This document shows, piece after piece, positions 48,877 through 59,229 of a stretch of 64,000 bases of DNA (position 1 is its first letter; the number at the start of each line of letters is the position of its first letter). Where the stretch lies: positions 113-64,112 of the forward strand of contig CAVBVU010000001.1 of the NCBI GenBank assembly GCA_963598975.1, in the 5' to 3' direction. The notes beneath the pieces were generated by a model. It searched no databases. It was not told the origin of the DNA and saw only the letters and a program-made list of their open reading frames with translations. The position numbers were made by a program, and so were the translations under genes. This DNA is from Anaerovoracaceae bacterium (GTDB lineage Bacteria > Actinomycetota > Actinomycetes > Actinomycetales > Bifidobacteriaceae).

Positions 48877-49749
48877 ATGGCTTTGACACCTGAACAACTC
48901 GCAGATATCCGTACCCGTATTCCGGAACGTCCGAAGACCGATGTCCCGATGCCTTATGAGGATCTTGTTCGCAAGATCTTGACCGAAGGCACGCTGAAGT
49001 CCGATAGGACGGGAACCGGCACTGTGAGCCTGTTCGGACAGCAGATTCGATTCGACCTGAACGAAGGCTTCCCTCTGCTAACCACCAAGAACGTGTTCTT
49101 CAAAGGACTGGCGTATGAGCTTCTGTGGTTCCTCAAGGGTTCCACCAACGTGCGTTGGCTGCAGGAGCGCAACGTGCATATCTGGGATGAATGGGCGGAT
49201 GAGAACGGCGACCTCGGTCCCGTCTACGGTGCTCAGTGGCGCAGCTGGCCGGCACCCACCGCGGATGATCCGAACCGCACCATCGATCAAATCGCCAATG
49301 TGATGGATCTCATCAGGAATAATCCGGATTCGCGGCGCATGGTCGTGTCCGCATGGAACCCGGCCGAAGTGGAGAACATGGCCCTTCCCCCGTGCCATGC
49401 GCTGTTCCAGTTCTATGTGGCGGACGGACGCCTGAGCTGCCAGCTGTACCAGCGTTCGTGCGACATGTTCCTCGGCGTTCCGTTCAACATAGCCTCCTAT
49501 TCACTGCTTACGTTGATGATGGCCCAGCAGTCCGGACTGGAGCCGGGGGAGTTCGTGTGGACGGGTGGCGATTGCCACGTGTACGACAATCACATCGACC
49601 AGGTGCTCGAGCAGTTGGGCCGTGAACCGTATCCGTATCCGCGGATTCACATTAACAAAGCGGAATCTCTGTTTGATTATGATTATGAGGATTTCGAAAT
49701 CGTCGATTACCGGCATCACCCCACCATCAAAGCGCCGGTGGCTGTCTGA
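48877..49749 (+). CDS. thyA: Thymidylate synthase
   Basis: DRTGTGT, ELLWF, LPPCH, YQRSCD, PFNIASY. Confidence 0.98.
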   Translation: MALTPEQLADIRTRIPERPKTDVPMPYEDLVRKILTEGTLKSDRTGTGTVSLFGQQIRFDLNEGFPLLTTKNVFFKGLAYELLWFLKGSTNVRWLQERNVHIWDEWADENGDLGPVYGAQWRSWPAPTADDPNRTIDQIANVMDLIRNNPDSRRMVVSAWNPAEVENMALPPCHALFQFYVADGRLSCQLYQRSCDMFLGVPFNIASYSLLTLMMAQQSGLEPGEFVWTGGDCHVYDNHIDQVLEQLGREPYPYPRIHINKAESLFDYDYEDFEIVDYRHHPTIKAPVAV

Positions 49750-49806
49750 GCGTCTGCGCCAGACGTTAGACTACTGACCCTAGTTCGACTTCAAGGAGTG
49801 AATGAA

Positions 49807-50475
49807 ATGGAGCACGATAGTAGCCGCAGTGGCTATCACGAACCCGAGCCCGGACTTGCCGGGCTTGAGGGCGAAGAGGAGGATTGGGGGGACGACTTCC
49901 CGAAAATCTTCTCGGTGAATCTGATCTGGGCGCAGGCTTGTGACAAAGAAGGTCACGAGGGCGCCATCGGCTTCGAAGGCGGGATGCCGTGGCATCTGCC
50001 TGAGGATATGAGGCGTTTCACGGAGCTTACCGTGTCTCACCCGGTGATTATGGGTCGTAGGACATGGGAGTCTCTGGCGCCGAAATTCCGTCCGTTGCCG
50101 AATCGCGACAACATTGTGATTTCCCGCGATCCGTCATATTCCGCACCGGGGGCGACCGTGGTCGACACTCTGGAGGATGCGCTGGATCTGGCTCGTCAGG
50201 AAGCCATTCCGGATGACGGCATGGATCGCAGCGAGATCTGGATCATCGGAGGCGCGCAGATCTTCCGCGAAGCGTTGCCTTTTGCGGATAAGGCGTATGT
50301 CACGCAGATCAGCATGCATGTTGATGCGGATACGTATGCTCCCGACATCAAATCGCTGGCCGAATCCGGCGCTTGGCGAGTGATTGAGGAAGGCGTCTGG
50401 CAAGGCACGCAGAAAGGTTCCGACGATATCGCCGGATTCCGTTTCATGACCTACGAGAAGAACCGCGAGGAGTAA
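49807..50475 (+). CDS. folA: Dihydrofolate reductase with acidic N-terminal extension
   Basis: MPWHLPED, IMGRRTWES, RPLPNR, IIGGAQI. Confidence 0.95.
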   Translation: MEHDSSRSGYHEPEPGLAGLEGEEEDWGDDFPKIFSVNLIWAQACDKEGHEGAIGFEGGMPWHLPEDMRRFTELTVSHPVIMGRRTWESLAPKFRPLPNRDNIVISRDPSYSAPGATVVDTLEDALDLARQEAIPDDGMDRSEIWIIGGAQIFREALPFADKAYVTQISMHVDADTYAPDIKSLAESGAWRVIEEGVWQGTQKGSDDIAGFRFMTYEKNREE

Positions 50476-50481
50476 GACTTC

Positions 50482-50985
50482 ATGTATACCGTGATGACCG
50501 TGTGCACCGGCAATATCTGCCGTTCTCCGATGGCTGAGATTGTGTTGCGCGCAGAATTCGAGCGTCGTGGACTGGCTGATAAGGTCAATGTCGAATCCAG
50601 CGGCGTCAGCGATGAGGAATACGGCAATCCGATCGATCGTCGTGCCGTCAAGGTGCTCAGGGAACGTGGATACGAGCTTCCCGCACATCATTTCGCACAT
50701 CGCATCACCCGTGACGAGATTGGCCGTACCGACCTGTTTCTGCCGATGACCGCATCCCATATGCGCGCGCTGTTGCGTCAGCTTCCGCAAGACAAGCGTG
50801 GGAATGTGCACATGTATCGCAGTTTCGATCCGAACCTGGCCAAGCCGGCGGCAGGATATGAAAGCGAGATTGATCTGGTCGATCCGTGGTATGGCGGTGC
50901 CCACGAATTCGAAGTGGCGATCGACCAAGTCGAGGAAGTCGCCCCGTATATCGTTGACTGGGTGGAGCGACAGCTCAACGCATGA
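50482..50985 (+). CDS. ptpA: Low-molecular-weight protein-tyrosine phosphatase
   Basis: VCTGNICRS, DPWYG. Confidence 0.92.
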   Translation: MYTVMTVCTGNICRSPMAEIVLRAEFERRGLADKVNVESSGVSDEEYGNPIDRRAVKVLRERGYELPAHHFAHRITRDEIGRTDLFLPMTASHMRALLRQLPQDKRGNVHMYRSFDPNLAKPAAGYESEIDLVDPWYGGAHEFEVAIDQVEEVAPYIVDWVERQLNA

Positions 50986-51300
50986 ACGACGATAGCATGT
51001 GCCCTGGCTGGAAAGCCGGGGCACAGTCATATGCGGGCATCCATCGCAAGGAATTCCTACTTGGAAGCTGAAATGAAATGCAGGGGATTGCTTTACGGGC
51101 GTTTTTGTATCGCGAGGGAAGGGCTGGCCGTGATGAAGCAGGCCCACGTTCGGCCCATGACCCGCAGCTCTATGTCCCGACGGACTTCGCGTGCGAGCAT
51201 GTAATGTCCGAACGTTATTAAATGACCCAATGCCACTTCACATACGCATTTTGTGTCTATAGTCTGAAAACAAAAAAACCCAGCTGAAAAGCTGGGCTGC

Positions 51301-51377
51301 TGGCGACCCCGGCCGGACTTGAACCGGTGACCTCCGCCGTGACAGGGCGGCGCTCTAACCAACTGAGCTACGGGGCC
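51301..51377 (-). tRNA. tRNA-Asp(GTC)
   Basis: Reverse complement GGCCCCGTAGCTCAG..CCGCCCT-GTC-ACGGCGG..GGTTCAAGTCC..CCA. Confidence 0.96.
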
Positions 51378-51479
51378 GTTGCTGTCTGTTTTGCAACTGA
51401 CAACAAAAAGATATCTTACGGCAAAGTCTTATATGTGCAAATCACGGCGTGTCTTCGCTGAAATAAGCTTTTTTGAATA

Positions 51480-51980
51480 TCAGGTGAGGTCGTGTTCCTC
51501 AAGCAGCTTGTCGATATTGTCTCCGGGATCGGAGAACTGCGAATATCCGTCGTTCGAGTATTGATAGACGCCGCTCGAATCCATCATGACGGTGGCGCCG
51601 ATGGCGAGCAGGACGACCAGAAGGATGCCGATCAGCAGGTTGAACACGCTGACGATGATGCCGGCAATGGCCATTCCCTTCGACTTTTCTCCGGATTTGT
51701 TGATCTGAATCACTGCGATGATCGAGCAGATCAGTCCGGCGGGAGCGACCAGGAACGACAGGATGAATCCGACGATGCACAGCGTGTTCCAGCGCTGGTA
51801 CGCGGGCTGTGGATAGTAATAGCCCTGCGGCGGGTATGCGGAATATTGCGGTTGCTGCGTGTAGAAGTTGTCTTGCGGTTGCGTATAGGGGTTACCCTGC
51901 TGCGTGTAATCCGCGGCATTGGCGTCTTGAGGCTGCTGCTGCGCTTGCTGTGGTGCCGGGGTGTTTTGGAAATCACTCAT
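51480..51980 (-). CDS. DUF4190-like membrane protein
   Basis: Q/P/Y-rich N-terminus; two TMs, with KSKGMAIAGII. Confidence 0.8.
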   Translation of the reverse strand: MSDFQNTPAPQQAQQQPQDANAADYTQQGNPYTQPQDNFYTQQPQYSAYPPQGYYYPQPAYQRWNTLCIVGFILSFLVAPAGLICSIIAVIQINKSGEKSKGMAIAGIIVSVFNLLIGILLVVLLAIGATVMMDSSGVYQYSNDGYSQFSDPGDNIDKLLEEHDLT

Positions 51981-52050
51981 AGCAGGGAAGTGTAGTCTCA
52001 TGTGAATCGGGCGGCAAGCGAGAAGGTGGTGAGAAGGTGACGAATGAGAA

Positions 52051-52100
52051 ACGGCGGTCGGACTCATGAGGGGAAAACTTCCCATGAGTCCGACCGCCGT
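52051..52100. terminator. Hairpin downstream of galE
   Basis: ACGGCGGTCGGACTCATG..CATGAGTCCGACCGCCGT. Confidence 0.7.
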
Positions 52101-52144
52101 ATGTGCGGTGCCACGTTGTCGCCCGTGGCACTACGAATCAGCGA

Positions 52145-53155
52145 TCAGTCAGCCTGCTTCCAGGTGTCGACGTCGATGTGGTGCTCCGGATTGGCCTGCC
52201 ATGCCTCCCACGCGGACTTCACGATGTCTTCGACGTTGTACTTGGCATGCCAGTTCATCTCTTCGTTGATGCGCTTCGGAGAGCCGATCAGATGCGGCGG
52301 ATCGCCTGCGCGGCGTGCCATGACGGTCTCCTCGAACGGCAGTCCGGTGACCTTCTTGACCTCGTCCACGATCTGGCGTACGGAAGTGCCTTCGCCGGTG
52401 CCGACGTTGAAGGCGTCGTACTTGCGCTCGTCGCGGTCGAGGTACTTCAGTGCCGCGATGTGCGCGTCGGCAAGGTCGGACACGTGGATGTAGTCGCGCA
52501 CGCAGGTGCCGTCCGGGGTCGGGTAGTCGTCGCCGAAGATCGCCGGCGCCTTGCCCTTCTTGAGACGGTCGAACAGCATCGGAATCAGGTTGAGGATCGC
52601 CGGATCCTCAAGCTCGACCGGTCCGCAGCCGGCGACGTTGAAGTAGCGCAGTCCGCAGAAGCGGATACCGTACGGCTCTTCGCAGGCGCGGGCCATCCAC
52701 TCGCCGAACAACTTGGTCTGTCCGTACGGGTTGATCGGCAGCATCGGCACCACGTCCTCCGGCACCACGTCGACCGGCGGAACGCCGTAGGTGGCGGCGG
52801 AAGATGAGAAGACGAGCTTCTTGGCGCCGGAATCGCGCATACCGATGAGCACGTTGAGCATGCCGTTGATGTTCTGCTGGTAGTACCACAGCGGCTTCTC
52901 GACGGACTCGCCGACCTGCTTGCGCGCGGCGAAGTGAATCACGGAGTCCACGCCTTCGGCCTTCATGATTTCGGTGAGTCGTTCACCTGCGCCGGCGGCG
53001 GAGATGTCCATGCCGTACAGGCGGGATCCTTCGATGCGGGTGGGCTTTCCGTAGCTCAGATCGTCGACTACGACGACTCGTTCTCCTGCTTCGTGAAGAG
53101 CGTGGACAACGTGGGCGCCGATATAACCGCATCCACCGGTGACGAGAACTGTCAT
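52145..53155 (-). CDS. galE: UDP-glucose 4-epimerase
   Basis: GGCGYIG, FSSSAA, YGQTK, LRYFN, DGTCVRDYIHV. Confidence 0.95.
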   Translation of the reverse strand: MTVLVTGGCGYIGAHVVHALHEAGERVVVVDDLSYGKPTRIEGSRLYGMDISAAGAGERLTEIMKAEGVDSVIHFAARKQVGESVEKPLWYYQQNINGMLNVLIGMRDSGAKKLVFSSSAATYGVPPVDVVPEDVVPMLPINPYGQTKLFGEWMARACEEPYGIRFCGLRYFNVAGCGPVELEDPAILNLIPMLFDRLKKGKAPAIFGDDYPTPDGTCVRDYIHVSDLADAHIAALKYLDRDERKYDAFNVGTGEGTSVRQIVDEVKKVTGLPFEETVMARRAGDPPHLIGSPKRINEEMNWHAKYNVEDIVKSAWEAWQANPEHHIDVDTWKQAD

Positions 53156-53335
53156 GTTCTGGCCTTTCCTCCAAAATGAGCTGTGAGTCGGGTCGTGTTG
53201 GGACGGAGTTTCGTCGAAAGACAACCATTGTTCACTTTTGCTCAGGTTTGTTACCTTTTGAACAATTTGAGTATAACACATGAACACGAACGCACATAAC
53301 CGTTCCGTTCCTGCGTTTCCTCTATAAATTAGGGT

Positions 53336-54193
53336 ATGCAAGATGTAGTGAACACGCCGGCTGAGGGCCGTGAATCTGATGTAAACGTGCAAAATGAACA
53401 ACGTCCGGCGCTGTATGGGCGCAAGGTGCTGTCGTTCGTCCGCAGATCCGCAAGGCTTGACGCGCGATTGCAGCGCGCGTGGGATTCCTATGCGCAGACG
53501 TATCTGCTCGACGTCAACGCGGGGGAGGGGTCTCTTGATGTGAGGGACGGGCTTGTGTTCGATGACGCTTTTGTTCGCGAGGCTTGGGGCAACGGCAATC
53601 CGTTAATCGTTGAGATCGGTTCGGGTCAAGGCGAAAACATCGTGGCTGCGGCGCAGGAGCGCCCGGATGTGAACTTCCTTGCCTTGGAGGTGTACGACCC
53701 GGGTGTGGCGCATACGTTGTTGCTTGCGGGAAAGCAGGGGCTCGAAAATCTGCGTATCGCCCAGGTCAACGCTCCCGAACTGTTCAAGCACGCGGCGGAC
53801 GGCGTGTTCGAGGAGGCGTGGACGTTCTTCCCTGATCCGTGGCCGAAGATGCGCCATCACAAGCGCCGTATCGTCCAGCCCGAGCTTGCCTCGGATATCC
53901 GCCATGCATTGAAGGCCGGGGGAGTGTGGCGCATCGCCACCGACATCGAAGATTATGCGCTGCACGTTCACGAGGTCATGGACGGGATCGATGGCTTCCG
54001 CAACGAGGGCGCTCTTACGGTGAGCTTGCCCGTCGAGCATGTCGGCAAGGGTAATGCCGATGATGCGGCCGATTTGCGTCATGCCGATTTCGTCGAATCG
54101 GAGCGATTTTCGGGTCGTGTGCTCACCAATTTCGAGAAGAAGGGACTTGCCGCGGGGCGGGTCATCCATGATTTCACGTACGGCACGTTGTAG
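53336..54193 (+). CDS. trmB: tRNA (guanine-N7)-methyltransferase
   Basis: [31 protein letters not shown]. Confidence 0.95.
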   Translation: MQDVVNTPAEGRESDVNVQNEQRPALYGRKVLSFVRRSARLDARLQRAWDSYAQTYLLDVNAGEGSLDVRDGLVFDDAFVREAWGNGNPLIVEIGSGQGENIVAAAQERPDVNFLALEVYDPGVAHTLLLAGKQGLENLRIAQVNAPELFKHAADGVFEEAWTFFPDPWPKMRHHKRRIVQPELASDIRHALKAGGVWRIATDIEDYALHVHEVMDGIDGFRNEGALTVSLPVEHVGKGNADDAADLRHADFVESERFSGRVLTNFEKKGLAAGRVIHDFTYGTL

Positions 54194-54341
54194 ACGGCGT
54201 TCGATGGGTTCGTACGTCGATTTGGTGTGCGGGTGTAAAACGTTGGAATTTCAACGATTTACACCCGCGACACGCCGAGGGTTGCATATCTCGGAGAATC
54301 GCGTATAGTTAATCGAGTTGTCACGCGGAAACGCTGAAAGC

Positions 54342-54413
54342 GCCCCCTTCGTCTAACGGTTAGGACACCAGACTTTCAATCTGACAACGAGAGTTCGACT
54401 CTCTCAGGGGGTA
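54342..54413 (+). tRNA. tRNA-Glu(TTC)
   Basis: GCCCCCTTCGTCTAACGG..CAGACT-TTC-AATCTG..GTTCGACT. Confidence 0.93.
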
Positions 54414-54439
54414 CTTGCCTTGGTAAACAAGGTGGCAAT

Positions 54440-54513
54440 GGCCCCGTAGCTCAGTTGGTTAGAGCGCCGCCCTGTCACGGCGGAGGTCACCGGTTCAAGT
54501 CCGGCCGGGGTCG
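54440..54513 (+). tRNA. tRNA-Asp(GTC)
   Basis: Same sequence as the minus-strand copy at 51304-51377; CCA not encoded. Confidence 0.96.
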
Positions 54514-54535
54514 CTCAGACGGATTGTCTGTTTAT

Positions 54536-54611
54536 GGCTCTGTAGCTCAGTTGGTAGAGCGAACGACTGAAAATCGTTAGGTCAGCGGATCGATGCCGCT
54601 CGGAGCCACCA
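54536..54611 (+). tRNA. tRNA-Phe(GAA)
   Basis: GGCTCTGTAGCTCAG..ACGACT-GAA-AATCGT..GGAGCCACCA. Confidence 0.94.
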
Positions 54612-54616
54612 TGGTT

Positions 54617-54640
54617 AAGCCCGCGTTTGCGGGCTTTTTT
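54617..54640 (+). terminator. Terminator of the tRNA operon
   Basis: AAGCCCGC-GTTT-GCGGGCTTTTTT. Confidence 0.85.
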
Positions 54641-54951
54641 CGTATTCAGGAAAGTCGCATCCGTGGGGTTGCGTATCGAACATAATTGTCAATCGTGATA
54701 TCGCGGGGTGCCTGCTGGGACTGCGTGGTGTTGGACTGCAGGGTTGTGGATCAAGATGTGGTCTGGGGGTAACGTTGGGTGCGTTTGATGGCGTCCGGAT
54801 GTGTGTGCTTGTATGTGAGGTTCGTCGGGTTGCATGGTTATAGGGCAAAATGTGGCTTGGGGTGTCGTCCGTTGACAACTCTCGGTCGGTTTGATGAGCG
54901 TGAACGGGTGATTCTTGCGAATATGCTTTCGGATCATTCGCCCATCGTGCG

Positions 54952-55325
54952 CACAACTAGGAGATAGCGGTACTTTCTTGATGTTGGGGCTGGAAAAGGG
55001 GGTGCCCCATCACATCCTTCTTCTTTTGTGTGATGTGGAAATGGCGGAATTCCAATGATTTGCGATTTTGAGGTTGGAGTGGTCTGCATTCATTCCAGCC
55101 CCAACTAGGAGATAGCGGCGTTTTCTTGAGGTTGGGGCTGGAAGGGGGTGTGCTCCATTGTGTTCCGATTTTTTTGTGTGATTCAGGAATGGCCATTTTC
55201 CAACGATTTGTGATTTTGAGGTCGGGATGGTCCGCGTTCGACCTAGCCCCAACTGGCAGGATAGGCCCGTTTCTTGGAATTGGGGCGGGGAGGAGATCCA
55301 CCGCATCCCGAATCTTTTGCGCATA
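54952..55325 (-). repeat. ~148-bp tandem repeat element (~2.5 units), minus orientation
   Basis: TTCCAA(T/C)GATT at 55050/55198; GGAGATAG at 54960/55108; reverse complement resembles 361-741 and 31170-31475. Confidence 0.88.
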
Positions 55326-55546
55326 ATAGTGATGATGCGAAGATGGCACCATTGTCTCTGTATTTTGCCGGATGATCTTGATGTCCAACCTCCGAAGCGT
55401 AATGATGCGACGGTGTGAGAACGCTCACAGAAAAAAATGTGTCGTTGATCAGGTTTTTACCATAAACGGGGATATGATGAATCTCGTTGGGTCTCAACGT
55501 GTTTGAAACCTTGGAACAGAACCCGTTGCTTAAAGGAGAGCATCAT

Positions 55547-56698
55547 ATGGTTTATCGCATGATTTTCAACCAGAACGCATACTTCGGTCGTGGTGCCATT
55601 CAGGAGATCCCGGGAGTCGCCAAGTCTCACGGCTTCACCAAGGCGTTCATCGTCACCGATCCGGTACTGATCGAAACCGGTACCGTCAAGAAGGTTACGG
55701 ATGTTCTCGATGCCGCTGATATGCCGTATGAGGTGTTCAGCAACGTCAAGCCGAATCCGCCGGTCGAATGCATTCAGGACGGCGTCGCCAAGTTCGCCGA
55801 ATCCGGCGCCGACTTCCTGATCGGCCTCGGCGGTGGCTCCCCGCAGGATACCTGCAAGGGCATCGGCATCATCACCGCCAATCCGGAGTTCTCCGACGTT
55901 CTCTCCCTTGAGGGCGTGGCGGACACCAAGAACCCGTCCGTGCCGATCTTCGGCGTGCCGACCACCGCAGGCACCGCCTCTGAAACCACCATCAACTACG
56001 TGGTCACCGACACCGCCAACAAGCGCAAGTTCGTGGCGGTCGATCCGCACGACATCCCGATCGTCGCGTTCGTTGATCCTGATCTGACCGACTCCATGCC
56101 GCGTGGCCTCAAGGTCGCCACCGGTCTGGACGCCCTGACCCACGCCATCGAAGGCTACATCACCCCGGGCGCATGGAGCCTGTCCGACTGCCTGTCCATG
56201 CAGACCATCCGCATGATCGCCAAGAATCTTGCCAAGAGCGCGGACGGAGATGTTCCGGCTGGTGAGCAGATGGCCTACGCGTCCTACATCACCGGCATGG
56301 CCTACTCCAACGTCGGCCTTGGCCTGGTGCACGGCATGGCCCACCCGCTCGGTGGTCGTCTGGGTGTTGCCCACGGCGTCGCCAACGGCATCCTGCTGGC
56401 TCCGGTCATGGAATACAACAAGGATTTCACCGGCGAGAAGTACCGTGACATCGCCGACGCCTTCGGTGTTGAGGATGCCTACACCGGCGATCTCGACAAG
56501 GTTCGCGAAGAGGCGGTGCAGGCAGTGCACCAGCTCACCGTCGACTTGAAGAACCCGACCACCATCTCCGAAGTCGGCGCCACCGAAGCCGATCTGGAAG
56601 GCCTGGCACATGATGCATTCCACGACGTGTGCACCCCGGGCAACCCGCGTCAGGCGACCGAGGAAGACATCCTCGCCATCTACAAGAGCCTGATGTAA
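55547..56698 (+). CDS. fucO: Lactaldehyde reductase (iron-containing alcohol dehydrogenase)
   Basis: GGGSPQDTCK, PTTAGT, DALTHAIEGY, HGMAHPLG, AHGVAN; AAGGAG RBS. Confidence 0.88.
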   Translation: MVYRMIFNQNAYFGRGAIQEIPGVAKSHGFTKAFIVTDPVLIETGTVKKVTDVLDAADMPYEVFSNVKPNPPVECIQDGVAKFAESGADFLIGLGGGSPQDTCKGIGIITANPEFSDVLSLEGVADTKNPSVPIFGVPTTAGTASETTINYVVTDTANKRKFVAVDPHDIPIVAFVDPDLTDSMPRGLKVATGLDALTHAIEGYITPGAWSLSDCLSMQTIRMIAKNLAKSADGDVPAGEQMAYASYITGMAYSNVGLGLVHGMAHPLGGRLGVAHGVANGILLAPVMEYNKDFTGEKYRDIADAFGVEDAYTGDLDKVREEAVQAVHQLTVDLKNPTTISEVGATEADLEGLAHDAFHDVCTPGNPRQATEEDILAIYKSLM

Positions 56699-56933
56699 CG
56701 CCGATCCCTCGATTGTGAGCTGCCGGCCGGCAGACCATTCGGGGAAGGGTTCCGTCAGAGAACGATTGAAAAACGCCATTCGCATGGCACCCGTTTCCGT
56801 GAGGAGGGTGCGGTGTGGATGGCGTTTCGCATTGGAAAACCTTGTCGAAGCCATTCGTTCGATTTTTGCATGGACGTGCTTGTGCCGTCTTACACTTGAG
56901 GAAATGCTTTTTCAAGAGAAGAGATGGGGCAAG

Positions 56934-59057
56934 ATGGGAACACATCGATTGCGCGGTGTCGTCGCGGCTTTGTCGGGACTTACGATTGCGGCCGCGACTG
57001 TTTTTCCCGCAACAACCGCGCTCGCCGATGATGCGGTGTCGGACGCGACCGAGATTCAACTGGTGGGAATCACCGATTTTCATGGTGGCATCAATAACGG
57101 CGTGTATCTGACGTCTGCCGTGAGGCAGGCCAGGGAGAACAATCCGAACACGCTGGTCGTAGGCGTGGGCGATATGGTGGGGGCCTCGTCTTTCGTGTCA
57201 TCCATCAACGAAGACAAGCCGGCCATGGAACAACTGAAGAACATGGGCATGACGGTGACCGCGATAGGCAACCACGAGTTCGACAAAGGGCCTGAAGACA
57301 TTACGGGTCGTATTCTTCCGGGAATGAGCCCGATCAGTTATTTGGCGGCGAACGTCAGCGGATTGGACGGGGTCGAACCGTACAAGATCGAAACCGTGGC
57401 GGGCAGGCGTATAGCCTTCATCGGCGGAATCTACGGTAGCATAGGCGAATCGTTGTCTCCCACTCAATCGGGTGGCGTGACGTTCAGCGATCCGGTCGCG
57501 GCCGTCAACCGAATCGCCGACCAGTTGTCGGACGGTGATGAATCCAACGGAGAGGCCGACGCGGTCGTGGCGCTGATTCACTCCGACGCCGACACCATGC
57601 TCGATCTGAACGCCAATGTGGATCTGGCTCTTGGAGGCCACAGCCATAAAGACAAACTCATGACCACCAATGCCGGCAAGCCGATCGTGGAATCGGCGAG
57701 TGGGGGAACCGACTTTTCGCTATCTACCCTTGTATTCGACGCCGATGGGACGGTCACGGCCAGTACGTCCATCGAGCCCGTATATGACTCCACCGGGAAA
57801 AACCCGTTGTACGAGGCCGATGAGCAGGCGCGGCAAATCTACGAGGATGCGCAGGAAAGCGCGCAAACCTTAGGGAAAAGAACGGTGGGGACCGTCGCCC
57901 AAGGATCATCGTTCAACAGGGGGAGCTCCACGATCGGATTGAACAAAGGTACGGAATCCACCCTCGGCAGACTGAACGCCGATGCGGTGCTGTGGGGTTT
58001 GAACGAGAGGGGAGTGAAGGCGGACATCGGAGTGGTCAATCCTGGAGCCCTACGCACCGACCTTGATGCGAACGACGACGGGGTGATCACGTATATGGAA
58101 ATATACGAATCGATGCCGTACGGCAATACGGAAATGGTGACCACCCTGACCGGCGCGCAGCTCAAAACCGCACTCGAATCGCAATGGCGTGACGTACCGG
58201 AAGGAGAATGGGACAGCGTCAAATGGTTGGGCCTGTCCAGCAACGTCACCTTCCATTACGAAGTGGTCCGTACCACGTCGGTAGACGAATCGGGTACGGA
58301 GCAAACCTATACGCATGGCCGTGTGTTCGATCTGAAGGTGAACGGCGAAGCGGTGTCCGATGAGGATACGTTCCAGGTCTGTGGAAACAGCTATCTGCTG
58401 TCTGGCGGAGATGGATTCGACGTGTTCAAGGAGGGTGCGGATTTCCTGGACACGGGTTATGTGGATATAGATGTGCTGTCAAGCTATCTTGAGGCGCATC
58501 AGAATCTGGAATCCGCCAAGGAACGTTCCAGTACGGGCTTCTCCGACCTGAAGATCGACGGCAACACCGTCAGCTTCACCGTGTCCGGCATGTCGTTCAC
58601 CACGGATGAGACCAAGCCGATCGCCGTGGACCTGCATGTCAACGGCGTTGATTTCGGTGTGGTGGAGCATGTGGACACCACCGCCGTTCCCAATGTGCCG
58701 GGTGCCGGCAGCGTGCAGGTGAGTCGTGAGCTCACTGACGGGGAGCTGGCTGAATTCCTTGCCTATGACGGGACTTTCGCGAACGCGCAGGCCAAGGTGC
58801 TGTTCACCGATGAGGAAGTGGCCGCGGCCAAGGCTACGCGGGACCAGCATGATTCCGATTCCGATTCCGATTCCAAGGATTCCGGCAAAACCGATACCGC
58901 ATCCGGTACTTCAGCCAATACCTCGACGGCTGGCAAGGCCTCGTCCGCCAAGACCATAGCCAAGACGGGTTCGAACGTGTCCGTAATGACGGTATTGACC
59001 GGCCTGCTGGTGATGTGCGGCGGGTTCAGCCTGATGATGAAGCGCAAGGTCCGCTAG
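56934..59057 (+). CDS. Cell-wall-anchored 5'-nucleotidase/metallophosphoesterase
   Basis: Signal peptide, TDFHG, GD, GNHEFD, GHSH, nucleotidase C-domain (NPGALR, GGDGF), IAKTG-TM-KRK sortase signal. Confidence 0.88.
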   Translation: MGTHRLRGVVAALSGLTIAAATVFPATTALADDAVSDATEIQLVGITDFHGGINNGVYLTSAVRQARENNPNTLVVGVGDMVGASSFVSSINEDKPAMEQLKNMGMTVTAIGNHEFDKGPEDITGRILPGMSPISYLAANVSGLDGVEPYKIETVAGRRIAFIGGIYGSIGESLSPTQSGGVTFSDPVAAVNRIADQLSDGDESNGEADAVVALIHSDADTMLDLNANVDLALGGHSHKDKLMTTNAGKPIVESASGGTDFSLSTLVFDADGTVTASTSIEPVYDSTGKNPLYEADEQARQIYEDAQESAQTLGKRTVGTVAQGSSFNRGSSTIGLNKGTESTLGRLNADAVLWGLNERGVKADIGVVNPGALRTDLDANDDGVITYMEIYESMPYGNTEMVTTLTGAQLKTALESQWRDVPEGEWDSVKWLGLSSNVTFHYEVVRTTSVDESGTEQTYTHGRVFDLKVNGEAVSDEDTFQVCGNSYLLSGGDGFDVFKEGADFLDTGYVDIDVLSSYLEAHQNLESAKERSSTGFSDLKIDGNTVSFTVSGMSFTTDETKPIAVDLHVNGVDFGVVEHVDTTAVPNVPGAGSVQVSRELTDGELAEFLAYDGTFANAQAKVLFTDEEVAAAKATRDQHDSDSDSDSKDSGKTDTASGTSANTSTAGKASSAKTIAKTGSNVSVMTVLTGLLVMCGGFSLMMKRKVR

Positions 59058-59154
59058 TAGCCAGTATGAACGCCGCAGCGTGCACGGCGCGTGTGACTTT
59101 CGGAACCTGAAACGGATGGCGAAAATCACACGTGCCGCAATCACCGTAGTGTGC

Positions 59155-59212
59155 TCGAAATCCGGTCCGAAATCGCGCTGAAAATCACACCGGAAATCAC
59201 ATCGGAAACCTG
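59155..59212 (+). repeat. 12-bp-period short tandem array
   Basis: AAA(T/C)C at 59158, 59170, 59182, 59194, 59206. Confidence 0.6.
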
Positions 59213-59229
59213 TACCGCCACGGCCCTCT

